Source: Promethearchaeota archaeon Loki_b32
GTDB taxonomy: Archaea; Asgardarchaeota; Lokiarchaeia; Sigyniarchaeales; SOKP01
DNA: 64,000 bases
Assembly: GCA_005223125.1 (NCBI GenBank)
Contig: NJBH01000009.1
Coordinates: 32,001-96,000 of the forward strand
Direction of reading: 5' to 3'
Below, piece after piece: positions 40,345 through 49,534 of the stretch. Each line of letters opens with the position of its first letter. Within the stretch, counting starts at the first letter, position 1. The notes under the pieces are model-generated. The model was not told the origin of the DNA. It made no database searches and saw nothing but the letters and a program-made list of their open reading frames with translations. The position numbers and the translations under genes were made by a program.

Positions 40345-40756
40345 AATAAATCGTGATTTAGTAATTACTAGGTTAAATAAGCTAAATGAATTATTAGATA
40401 TTTTAAATGAGCTAAAAAATATAAAGAAAGAAGATTTCCTGTCTAACTATAAGAACTATTTTACAACCCAGAGAACTTTAGAAATTTGTATAAACATATG
40501 TATAGATATTGGAAATCACATTGTTTCTCTCAATAATATAGAAAGACCTGAAACATTTAGCGATATCATTAAAATATTAGCTAAACATAATGTTATAAGC
40601 GAGGAACTTTCAACTCGATTAATTAAAATGGTAAGATTTCGCAATTTATTAGGACATTTTTATTTAGAAATTGATAATGAAATTATTTATAATATTTTAC
40701 AAAATGATATTAAAGATTTTAATTCTTTTAGGGAAGCAATATTAGCTAAGTTGTAA
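40340..40756 (+). CDS. hepT: HEPN/DUF86 RNase toxin (absent from the ORF track)
   Basis: Manual translation: (I)KINRDLVITRLNKL...QRTLEICINICIDIGNHI...PETFSD...MVRFRNLLGHFYLEID...AKL*, containing R-x4-H-x-Y. Proposed start is ATT at 40340, 9 nt after GGAGG; no canonical start in frame upstream. Confidence 0.88.
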   Translation: MKINRDLVITRLNKLNELLDILNELKNIKKEDFLSNYKNYFTTQRTLEICINICIDIGNHIVSLNNIERPETFSDIIKILAKHNVISEELSTRLIKMVRFRNLLGHFYLEIDNEIIYNILQNDIKDFNSFREAILAKL

Positions 40757-40817
40757 ATAAATTTGTAAGATAAAAGTTAAAGCCTCTATTGGTTTTTATT
40801 TAATCATTCTAAAAGAT

Positions 40818-40970
40818 AAGAAGGAAATCAAACTATAAAGGGAAAGAGTAGGTCCATTGGGAACGAGAAAGTTAAAAGAACTTGCTGGAAAAGAACGTGA
40901 AGAATTACCTAATAAAATTATCAAAAAAGAATTATCTATGGAAAAAAGGTTTCCAAAATCATTTAATTAA
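40818..40970 (+). pseudogene. Degenerate duplicate of the 3' end of CoA-transferase subunit B
   Basis: KKEIKL*RERVGPLGTRKLKELAGKEREELPNKIIKKELSMEKRFPKSFN* is colinear with KKEIELLREKVDPLNIRKLEVLSGNEREELLDDIIQKDLAKQNKFPKLLF* (39567..39719); both spans are 153 nt. Confidence 0.85.
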
Positions 40971-41021
40971 TATTTTATAGCATAATAGAAAACTTTCATT
41001 GATTTTGAGCGATATTAATAT

Positions 41022-44000
41022 ATGAAATTATTTAATAAACTTGAATTGCTTTATATTCCAGCAACTTACTGGAATGAATCATCAAGTAGTTTCAAATTGA
41101 TTTCTGAAGGAAAACAACTTCCTCAAAATACTAACTTTTTTCTTTTGTGGATCCCGTCAAATAATTCAGAAAAGGAGCTCACTGAGCATATTAAGCTTAT
41201 TTTTCCAAACATTCCAATAAAAAAGCTTTTATCCTGTAAAATTAACCTAGCAATTCCATTTAGCTCATCAAAAAAAGTTTTTGAAGTTATATCACATATA
41301 GGAAAAATTATACCTATTCTACCAGCTACAAAATTACTTTATCAAATGGAAATAATTGAAAATCCTGATCGAAGTAGAATACATTATAGCAATTCTATTA
41401 AAATATGGGCTCTTCTAACAAAATTAGTATTTGAATTATTAAATAAAGGTCAATTTGTACCTGCTTTAGAACCAACTAAAGAAAAGTTGTATAATAGTCA
41501 ATGGCGCTTAATCTTAAAATCTCAGTATGATAATGATCGTTTTAAATCTATTTTGAATCATAGTTCTTGGCCAGCTTTTTGTCTCCCTATAAATAATTTT
41601 CAAGAAAATGGGGTAATTAAAACGAATGGTCTTTGGCACCCTTCTTACCTTTTTTCAGTATTTTTGGATAGTGTTGGAGATTCTCTGATACGTTCTACCT
41701 TAAATAAAAGTAAATTTCAAACTTTTGATGAATTTTATAGCGCTGAAATAAAAAAAGAAGTAAATCCAGATTTTAGATTAAATTGGGATTATAAATTTCT
41801 TAAAGCACTTGTTAAAAAAGATAATAGTTTTAAGGTTGATGAATTTTATGAATCTATTTTACCTGCATTAATTCAGAATTGGACTCAATCTGCTTTAGGA
41901 TTCCAATTAAGATATGATTTTACATTAAGTTTGGAATTAAAATATCCAGAAAAAGTAGAAGATGATTGGTTATTAAAACTTTCCCTGTCATCACGTGATG
42001 GAATTAAAACTATACCTTTAAATGAGCTTTGGGAAGGATTTGAACTAAAAAAGGAAATTTTTTCAAAAATCATTGAAAGTGATGAGCATTATTTAGAAAT
42101 AATTTTAAGAGCTCTAGGAGCAGCATCAAAGATATTTCCACCAATTAAGAGAGCTTTTTTAGAAAACATTCAACATGAGATTAAACTTACCTCGAGCGAA
42201 GTAATGGAATTTTTAAAATATCCAAAAGATTTATTAATTCAGAGTGGATTTAATATTGTTCTACCTGAAGTATTTACAACAAGTGGAAAACAGCGTTTAA
42301 CTGCCCGGTTAATCATTCGTTCAAAAGAAGATACAAAAAAAAAAACAGAGATATCTAGTGTTTTACCATCTATGTTTGATATCGATTCAATGCTGGACAC
42401 TAAATGGGATGTTAGAATTGAAGGAAAGAAAATTACAGAAGAAGAATTTAATAAATTAATTGATTCTAACGAACCATTAGTCAATTTAAGGGGAAAATGG
42501 ATATTAATTGACCAAAACGATGTCGAAGATTTAAGGAATATTAAGAAATTCGGTGTGAAAAATTATTTAGATGCCTTAAAAATAGGATTAATTGGAAAGG
42601 TTCAACTACAAGAAAATGGTACTAAATATGATGTAATTATTGAAGGAGAATTAAACGAAATAATTACACGAATACAATCTATAGATTCTTTTGAAGAAAT
42701 TCCTTGTCCTTCATCGTTTAAAGGTAAACTGCGTCGCTATCAGGAAGTAGCACTTAAATGGATGGGAAATATGACAAAACTTAATTTTGGATTGTGTTTA
42801 GCTGATGACATGGGCCTTGGAAAAACTATTCAAGTAATTGCATTTTTGCTTTATCTTAAAGAAAAATATCCAAATAATAAGGGTAGTGTTTTAGTTGTGT
42901 GTCCTACTTCAGTACTGTTTAATTGGCACCGTGAATTTAAGAAATTTGCGCCCAATTTAGAAATAATACTTCATCATGGACCTAATCGATATAAAAAAGC
43001 CTCAGAGATTCCAGAATTTTTAAAAGCACATCGAATCTTTCTAACATCTTATGGAACTATTAGAAATGATATTGATTTCCTAGAAACAATTCCGTTTAGT
43101 GGCATTATTATAGATGAGAGTCAAAATATGAAGAATTATATTTCAAAACAGACTCAAGCAATATCCAAACTGAAAAGTCAATATAGAATTTGTTTAAGCG
43201 GCACTCCAATAGAAAATCGTTTACTTGAACTTTGGTCCCTTTTTAATTTTTTAAATCCTGGTCTTATAGGAAATAGAGAGGAATTTCAAGAGAAGTTTAT
43301 CTTACCTATTGAACGATTTCAAAATCAAGAAGCAATTAATGATCTAAAGACAATCATCGCTCCTTTTATTATGCGTCGTGTTAAATCCGATAAATCAATA
43401 ATAAATGACTTGCCTGAAAAAAATGAAATTAAAATAACAATTGAATTGACTAAGGAGCAAGTGATATTATATGAAGATCTTACCGAAGAGACAATAAAAA
43501 AGATTGAAGATAACACAGTCGATAAGAGAAAGAAGAGGGGAATAATCTTAGCCCTATTAGTTAAATTAAAGCAAATTTGCAACCATCCTTATCAATATCT
43601 TAAGAAAGATATCACATCAATAAGAACAGATAAAGAAATAAAACAAATCATTTCCCAATCAAATAAGTTGGTAAGATTATTAGAAATGACTGATGAAGTT
43701 ATTTCCAATGGAGAAAAGGTTTTAATTTTTACCCAATTTACACAGATGGGAACAATTATAAAAAAGATACTTGAATGGAAGTATAACTTCAAAATTCTTT
43801 TCTTTCATGGTAGTGTACCTGAAAAGAAAAGGAGTGAAATAATAGATGATTTTCAATCAGAAGAAATTGAAAGTCCTCCAATATTAATTTTATCTTTAAA
43901 AGCGGGTGGGATAGGCTTAAATTTAACTCAAGGAACAACAGTCATCCATTTTGACAGATGGTGGAATCCCGCAGTTGAAGACCAAGCTACAGATAGAGCT

Positions 44001-44192
44001 TATCGAATTGGTCAAAAATCAGTAGTGAATGTATATAAATTCATTACAAATGGGTCGATTGAAGAAAAAATCGATTCTTTATTAGAAGAAAAACGAGTTT
44101 TATCCGAAAAAATCGTTGTATCCACCGGAGAATCTTGGATTTCTGATTTAAATAAAGAAAAACTTAAAGAACTGTTACTACTAAGTAATTAA
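41022..44192 (+). CDS. SNF2-family (SWI2/SNF2) helicase-like ATPase
   Basis: LADDMGLGKT, DESQNMKN, LSGTPIEN, MRRVK, LKQICNHP, GLNLT and WWNPAVEDQATDRAYRIGQ motifs. Confidence 0.95.
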   Translation: MKLFNKLELLYIPATYWNESSSSFKLISEGKQLPQNTNFFLLWIPSNNSEKELTEHIKLIFPNIPIKKLLSCKINLAIPFSSSKKVFEVISHIGKIIPILPATKLLYQMEIIENPDRSRIHYSNSIKIWALLTKLVFELLNKGQFVPALEPTKEKLYNSQWRLILKSQYDNDRFKSILNHSSWPAFCLPINNFQENGVIKTNGLWHPSYLFSVFLDSVGDSLIRSTLNKSKFQTFDEFYSAEIKKEVNPDFRLNWDYKFLKALVKKDNSFKVDEFYESILPALIQNWTQSALGFQLRYDFTLSLELKYPEKVEDDWLLKLSLSSRDGIKTIPLNELWEGFELKKEIFSKIIESDEHYLEIILRALGAASKIFPPIKRAFLENIQHEIKLTSSEVMEFLKYPKDLLIQSGFNIVLPEVFTTSGKQRLTARLIIRSKEDTKKKTEISSVLPSMFDIDSMLDTKWDVRIEGKKITEEEFNKLIDSNEPLVNLRGKWILIDQNDVEDLRNIKKFGVKNYLDALKIGLIGKVQLQENGTKYDVIIEGELNEIITRIQSIDSFEEIPCPSSFKGKLRRYQEVALKWMGNMTKLNFGLCLADDMGLGKTIQVIAFLLYLKEKYPNNKGSVLVVCPTSVLFNWHREFKKFAPNLEIILHHGPNRYKKASEIPEFLKAHRIFLTSYGTIRNDIDFLETIPFSGIIIDESQNMKNYISKQTQAISKLKSQYRICLSGTPIENRLLELWSLFNFLNPGLIGNREEFQEKFILPIERFQNQEAINDLKTIIAPFIMRRVKSDKSIINDLPEKNEIKITIELTKEQVILYEDLTEETIKKIEDNTVDKRKKRGIILALLVKLKQICNHPYQYLKKDITSIRTDKEIKQIISQSNKLVRLLEMTDEVISNGEKVLIFTQFTQMGTIIKKILEWKYNFKILFFHGSVPEKKRSEIIDDFQSEEIESPPILILSLKAGGIGLNLTQGTTVIHFDRWWNPAVEDQATDRAYRIGQKSVVNVYKFITNGSIEEKIDSLLEEKRVLSEKIVVSTGESWISDLNKEKLKELLLLSN

Positions 44193-44202
44193 CAAATTAT
44201 AG

Positions 44203-45147
44203 GTGTTAAATATAAATAACCGGAAAAAAGAGTTCATGGATAGGCGAAGAAATAAGCAAAGAAAACCCGTTATATCTCAAAGAAAGACTGAATCTGAGAG
44301 ACAACGTACTCGTGAGGAAGTTGAACAAATTAAAAGAGATCTCATAAACTTTGCTAAGACTTCATGGGGAAAACAATGGATTCAATCAAATCTAAAAATA
44401 GGGCGCCCTTTTAGGATGCAAAGAGGAATTGAGTATGTAAAAGATAAAAGACGAATAGATAATCTTTCGATTAACCCAGGTCAGATTTTTGCAACAGTAC
44501 AAGGTACAGCTCCAACACCATATCGAGTAAAAATAAAATTTGAAACCATCCAAGAAGATGAATGGAAAATTATTCTAAAGAAACTTACAAATAAAACCAT
44601 CAATCTTATAGAATTATTAGAAGGATCCTTACCAGAAGATTTAATTACTATTTTTAATACAAGCGGATACTCTTTATTTCCAGATGCATCAGAAGGTTTA
44701 AATGCAACCTGTTCTTGTCCTGATAAAGCAATTCCATGTAAACATATTGCTGCTGTTATTTTATATCTCGCACTCGTTATTGATTTCAATCCATTTTTAT
44801 TATTAGAATTTCGAGGAAAACCTAAGAGTGAGATTCTCACTGATTTAAGTTTAGATCAATCATCAAAAAGTAAAAAGAAATTAGAAAAAACCTCTACTTA
44901 TCAACAAATTGAGTTTAATTTTAACGTGCCGAAAATCTCTATTCAAGAATTATTAAATACACAAAAGGAAAAAGATGATTTTATCATTGATTATAAACTT
45001 AAAAAACCTGGAAAAATCATAGAAACTTTAGAGAATTTAGGATTACCGCAAAATCTTGAAAATAAAGCTTTTGAAATTGTTTTAAGAGCCATCTATAAAA
45101 AGATTACATCTGAGACATATTCATTGTCTTCAGAATTAAATAAATAG
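44203..45147 (+). CDS. SWIM zinc-finger protein (SNF2 partner)
   Basis: WGKQW, RMQRG..Y, ATVQGT...PYRV, CSCPD...PCKHIAA and PFLLLEFRG motifs. Confidence 0.9.
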   Translation: MLNINNRKKEFMDRRRNKQRKPVISQRKTESERQRTREEVEQIKRDLINFAKTSWGKQWIQSNLKIGRPFRMQRGIEYVKDKRRIDNLSINPGQIFATVQGTAPTPYRVKIKFETIQEDEWKIILKKLTNKTINLIELLEGSLPEDLITIFNTSGYSLFPDASEGLNATCSCPDKAIPCKHIAAVILYLALVIDFNPFLLLEFRGKPKSEILTDLSLDQSSKSKKKLEKTSTYQQIEFNFNVPKISIQELLNTQKEKDDFIIDYKLKKPGKIIETLENLGLPQNLENKAFEIVLRAIYKKITSETYSLSSELNK

Positions 45148-45158
45148 GAAGTGTGATT

Positions 45159-45890
45159 CTATACATTGGAGTATAATTCAATTTTCCGCCCATTTTCTTT
45201 CAAACGGATTAAATTGTCCTTAGACAATTTATCAATATGATATTTTACAGTATTTCGTGCAAGATTGATTTTCTTAGAAATCTCGGAGGAGGAAATCCCC
45301 GGATAATTTTGAATTAATTTTAAAATTTTTGTCGTAGTTTCTGATTTAATTGGTAGATTTTTAAAAGCATCAATTGATTCAATAGAGGATGTAATTGGAA
45401 AATATATTGTATATTGCCCATATTTTTCCTTTTTTATTATACGATACTTCAATAAAACATCTAAATGCCATTGTAATTGACCTTTTTGTAGATTACAGTT
45501 TCGCATCAATTCATTTTGATGTATTCCTGGATTATTGATGATTTCCCTTAATATGTTCAAACGATTTTCATTTTCAAAAATATCTGTGAGAGTTAAGTAA
45601 GATTTTCCTTTTTGAATAAAAGGTTTTCTTATAAAATAACCTATATATTCTTTTACAGTAAGTACTTCAAAAATAGATAACAATAAAATTATTCCTATTA
45701 AAATAGATACTAAAATTATTCCAAGAGTTATTTCTTCAGCAGGACCTAAAAATTCATCCAATGGTTTAATTAACTGATATAGAACCACGGATAATATTAC
45801 AAGAGAGAAAATAATAAGAACAAATTTCAATAGGGAAAAATAAATAAATTTTTTGGATGATTTACGATTATTCAATTTCTCAAAACCCAT
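45159..45890 (-). CDS. Membrane-anchored (2 TM) double winged-HTH transcriptional regulator
   Basis: Two N-terminal TM helices; ENENR..I...I..NPGIH.NEL.R...LQKGQLQWHL and a second PGISSSEISKKINLARNTVKYHIDKL; paralog at 57284. Confidence 0.85.
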   Translation of the reverse strand: MGFEKLNNRKSSKKFIYFSLLKFVLIIFSLVILSVVLYQLIKPLDEFLGPAEEITLGIILVSILIGIILLLSIFEVLTVKEYIGYFIRKPFIQKGKSYLTLTDIFENENRLNILREIINNPGIHQNELMRNCNLQKGQLQWHLDVLLKYRIIKKEKYGQYTIYFPITSSIESIDAFKNLPIKSETTTKILKLIQNYPGISSSEISKKINLARNTVKYHIDKLSKDNLIRLKENGRKIELYSNV

Positions 45891-45896
45891 TGAAAA

Positions 45897-46487
45897 TTAT
45901 TTTTTTTCTATTTTATTTCTATTTAATTTTAAGAAGGGAAACATAAAAAATACATTATTTGCATAATCTAAAAATTCATCTCCATATTTAGCTTTTAAGG
46001 CATACTCTTCAATTTTTGCTAAAATAATATAAGCTAATACTTCGCCAGTCCAAATCAAAAACATAAAAATGTATACATCGATACTCAAGTCAAAATTGAC
46101 AATAGGACTGGTTTTGAAAACCATTAAAGTCATTCCAAAAGTCATGATAATTAATGATATATATTGAGGATGTCTTAAATATCTATATGGTCCAGTTCGA
46201 ATTAGTTGTTTTCTGTGAGTTAATTGATAAATTAGAGATGTGATAAAAAGCATGAACCCTAATATTATAATATATATTTCATAGCTATTAAATAAGAATG
46301 CAAGATCCGATCCTAAAATTCCTGGGTTTTGAAAAAAGAACGCTAAATAGGTAATTAATGGCACACTCATAATACCAAACCATATGGCAGTGCATGGCAC
46401 ATATTGGAAAATCGGGATTAATATAGAGGAAAGACTTGTAGCAACCGAAGTTATTTTATTTTTTATTTTATTTCCTTTAAGATTCAT
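45897..46487 (-). CDS. ICMT/PEMT-family membrane methyltransferase
   Basis: LIRTGPYRYLRHPQY and EEYALKAKYG.EF..Y motifs; multiple TM helices. Confidence 0.82.
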   Translation of the reverse strand: MNLKGNKIKNKITSVATSLSSILIPIFQYVPCTAIWFGIMSVPLITYLAFFFQNPGILGSDLAFLFNSYEIYIIILGFMLFITSLIYQLTHRKQLIRTGPYRYLRHPQYISLIIMTFGMTLMVFKTSPIVNFDLSIDVYIFMFLIWTGEVLAYIILAKIEEYALKAKYGDEFLDYANNVFFMFPFLKLNRNKIEKK

Positions 46488-46545
46488 ATGTTAATACCTT
46501 TTAAATTTATAGATTTACTTATAAAAAATGAAACAATTTTGTTTT

Positions 46546-46573
46546 TAAAGGTTTAAGGTGCACTTTTAGAACA
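46546..46573 (-). promoter_or_regulatory. Conserved 28-bp box, copy 1 (putative operator abutting TATA)
   Basis: Plus strand taaaggtttaaggtgcacttttagaaca; one mismatch to copies 2 and 3; 59 nt upstream of the ICMT-like start. Confidence 0.8.
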
Positions 46574-46675
46574 ATTTTGGATATAAAATAAAGGATGCTT
46601 ATCTATTTCTTTATTTCTTCTTAGAAAATATATATCCTACAATTTCTAAAGTAGCATTCCTTTCCAATAAAAAAT

Positions 46676-47752
46676 CTATTTTTTATATTTATATATAATA
46701 ATAATAACTATTACTAAACCTGTCATAATAACAACTATAATAACTGGGATTATAAAATTTGGATTTTGAGGTAGAGATAGATTTGAAAGTTCGAGGATTT
46801 CTAAACCATCATCTAAGTCAGTTAAAAATACTATATTATTATCAACAAATAGATTTCTCGTGTGCCCTCCATCATTAAATCCGCCTATCTTCCAAGGATT
46901 AGTAGGATCACTTATATTAACGATTTCAAGCCCATCATTATCATCTGATAGAAAAGCTATATCATCTAAAATGAAAGCATAGTATACATTACCTCCGTTG
47001 TTGAACGATCCCAAAGTAATTGGATGGATAGGATCACTCACATTCAAGATCTCTAAACCATTTGAACTGTAACACAAGTAAGCAATATTTTCTATGACCT
47101 TAACACTGTAAGCACCTTCCCCATTAAAACATCCACCGATTTCGGAAGGATTAAACGGATCTGAGATGTTAACTATTTCAAGACCTGCATGATATTCTGC
47201 TATATAAGCTAAGTCTCCTTTAATAAAAACCCCGTTAGGCGATCCACCATCATTGTATTCACCAATTTTATTTGGATGTCTAATATCGCTGCAGTTAATA
47301 ATTTCAAGTCCATTTTCTATACTCACTAAATAGACAAGATCTCCAACAGTAAAAACATCAGAAACATGTCCTCCATCATAGAAATCACTTATCTTAGTAG
47401 GGTTTAATGGATTTGATACATTGACTATTTGCAAACCACTAAAATAATTCGCTAAATAAGCGACTCCATTAAGAACATCGATACTGTGAGTTACTCCGAG
47501 GTCAAGATGCCCCAATTCGGTTGGATTGCGAGGATCAGAAACATCAATAATTTGCAACCCTTCTTCATTTCCCCCTATATATGCTATATCATCGATTACT
47601 ACAACATCCCAGGCAAATAAAGTGTCGAATTGCCCGATCTTTTGTGGATGCATAAATAAATCAGCATATACTTTATTATTGTTTGATAAAACCGTAAAAA
47701 ATACTATAATAATAATAAAAAATATCTTTAAGGGGGGTGCCTTTGAATTCAT
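46676..47752 (-). CDS. Secreted, C-terminally anchored LVIVD-repeat protein
   Basis: Signal peptide, about 7 repeats of AY.A....GLEI.NVSDP..P..IG, and a C-terminal TM helix. Confidence 0.9.
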   Translation of the reverse strand: MNSKAPPLKIFFIIIIVFFTVLSNNNKVYADLFMHPQKIGQFDTLFAWDVVVIDDIAYIGGNEEGLQIIDVSDPRNPTELGHLDLGVTHSIDVLNGVAYLANYFSGLQIVNVSNPLNPTKISDFYDGGHVSDVFTVGDLVYLVSIENGLEIINCSDIRHPNKIGEYNDGGSPNGVFIKGDLAYIAEYHAGLEIVNISDPFNPSEIGGCFNGEGAYSVKVIENIAYLCYSSNGLEILNVSDPIHPITLGSFNNGGNVYYAFILDDIAFLSDDNDGLEIVNISDPTNPWKIGGFNDGGHTRNLFVDNNIVFLTDLDDGLEILELSNLSLPQNPNFIIPVIIVVIMTGLVIVIIIIYKYKK

Positions 47753-47803
47753 ATTTCCTCAAATATTTTTGAATGTTTAATTTAATTTATGAAAATATTA
47801 TTA

Positions 47804-47831
47804 TAAAGGTTTAAGGTGCACTTTTCGAACA
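47804..47831 (-). promoter_or_regulatory. Conserved 28-bp box, copy 2
   Basis: Plus strand taaaggtttaaggtgcacttttcgaaca, running into TTTATAA on the minus strand; 52 nt upstream of the LVIVD start. Confidence 0.82.
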
Positions 47832-47883
47832 TTTTAAAGTATTAATTTTACCTTGGAAGATTAAGACTTTAAAATTTTAAAAC

Positions 47884-48678
47884 TTACTTGAGTAATATTG
47901 CAGAGAACAGTTCTTCTACTAGTTTGTTTACTTCTAGTAAACTTTTTGATTTATCAGAGACATCAATTATTGGTTTTCCTTTTAATTCAAATTCAGTTAT
48001 TTCATTATCTTCTGGAATTTCTGCTAAAAGGGGTAATTTTAGATCATCAATTTTCTTTTTAATCTGACTTGTATTACCTTTAACTCTATTTAAAATGAGA
48101 CCTAACTTTTTATATTGAGTAAATTTTTTTGCACCATTACGTATAGCAGCAGCAGTTTCTATACTCCGTATTGAGATATCTGAAACAATTAAAAGGATAT
48201 CTACTGTTTCAATAACCATTCGATTGATTTGCTCAAGTCCTGCTTCACAATCAATTAAAACTATGTCAAAATCTTTAGTGATTGAGTTAATTACCTTACG
48301 TAAAAGTGCATTTGAAGGACAAAAACATCCAGGTCCCTCAGGTTGTCCTATAGAAAATAAACTAAAATTTTTACTTTCTGTAATTGCATTATATACTTCA
48401 AAGTCAATATTTTCTGCTACTTTATCCAAATCTTTTGCTTTTGTTAAAATTTCATCTATAACATCAGTTCTTAATTTTTCAAGACTTTTTTTGGGAATTA
48501 AATTTACCATATGACTCAAATGAGGATGTGTTGGATCTGCATCAATTAATAGTATATTAAAATCATATCCTTTTGAAATACTCTTAGCTAAAAGAGTTGT
48601 TATAGCTGTCTTACCAGAACCACCTTTTCCTACAACTGAAATTGTTAACGGTTTTTCATAATTTTTTTGTTTTTTCAT
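47884..48678 (-). CDS. cooC: CooC/AcsF-type nickel-insertion ATPase
   Basis: GKGGSGKT, IDADP, GPGCFCP, DCEAGLEQ and ILNRV motifs. Confidence 0.88.
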   Translation of the reverse strand: MKKQKNYEKPLTISVVGKGGSGKTAITTLLAKSISKGYDFNILLIDADPTHPHLSHMVNLIPKKSLEKLRTDVIDEILTKAKDLDKVAENIDFEVYNAITESKNFSLFSIGQPEGPGCFCPSNALLRKVINSITKDFDIVLIDCEAGLEQINRMVIETVDILLIVSDISIRSIETAAAIRNGAKKFTQYKKLGLILNRVKGNTSQIKKKIDDLKLPLLAEIPEDNEITEFELKGKPIIDVSDKSKSLLEVNKLVEELFSAILLK

Positions 48679-48699
48679 AATCTCGATAATTCTACAACT

Positions 48700-49482
48700 T
48701 TATCTTTCAATTTTTTCTCTTTCAACTAATACTTGTTTAATCTCATAACATTCTTCTTGATATGGACAGATCTCACATCCCCAATCATATTCACAATCTA
48801 TTCTTTTTTTCCAATTTTCTATTTTCTTTAACCATTTTTCATTTATATAAGAATTAATTTTAGAAGTGATCTTAATAAACTCATCAATTACATTTGTATA
48901 AGTATTAACAAAAAAAATCTCCATAGACTCAATTAGATCTTTGAAACGTTGTTTGTATAAATAAAAAATCGCATTTCCTAAAAATTCAAAAGTAAAATCC
49001 TTCATTATTTTCTCACTAATTCTACACCAAAATTTTCTAGGAATTGTCCTTATCAAAAATCCTTCTATTCCATTAGATATTAGATTAAATTGTCTTAAAG
49101 AATCCCAATCCTTTTCAGTAATATTCTTTCCCCCAATCAGGATTATCATTCCAAAATCGATCGATAGGTCGTGTATATCCTTATTTTCTACTCCAATTAA
49201 CGTAATTGTTCCTTTTTTTACAGCATTTATAAAATCTAATTCAGAGAAAGGATAAACTAATGAAAATGACTTTTTATTGATACCTCCCAGTTCAAGCTTA
49301 GTTTCTTCTTGAAGAATAATCTCTTTATGCTTATCTAATTCAACTTTAATACTTAACTTTTCAAAGAGTTTAGGAGGATTAGGATTTTCTTCATAAATAA
49401 ATACATTTCTCCCTTTTTGGGACTCGGAGTTTATATGATTCCTTAAACCATCAAGAAATTCTTCAAATAATTCGATCTTCAT
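48700..49482 (-). CDS. Truncated ACS-beta (CdhC N-terminal/AcsB middle domain)-like protein with C-terminal Cys cluster
   Basis: LELGG..KSFSL, GTITLIG, IEGFLIR...WCRISE and FEFLG motifs; tail CEYDWGCEICPYQEEC; no A-cluster domain. Confidence 0.6.
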   Translation of the reverse strand: MKIELFEEFLDGLRNHINSESQKGRNVFIYEENPNPPKLFEKLSIKVELDKHKEIILQEETKLELGGINKKSFSLVYPFSELDFINAVKKGTITLIGVENKDIHDLSIDFGMIILIGGKNITEKDWDSLRQFNLISNGIEGFLIRTIPRKFWCRISEKIMKDFTFEFLGNAIFYLYKQRFKDLIESMEIFFVNTYTNVIDEFIKITSKINSYINEKWLKKIENWKKRIDCEYDWGCEICPYQEECYEIKQVLVEREKIER

Positions 49483-49534
49483 AAAATTCCATTTATGATT
49501 CTATAAAGATAATAAAAAAAAAGGATTAATAGTT

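Noticed and set aside
41022-45147. SNF2 + SWIM pair as a novel defence system
   Set aside because: This is a well-known, widespread gene pair, and no additional nuclease or methylase partner is adjacent.
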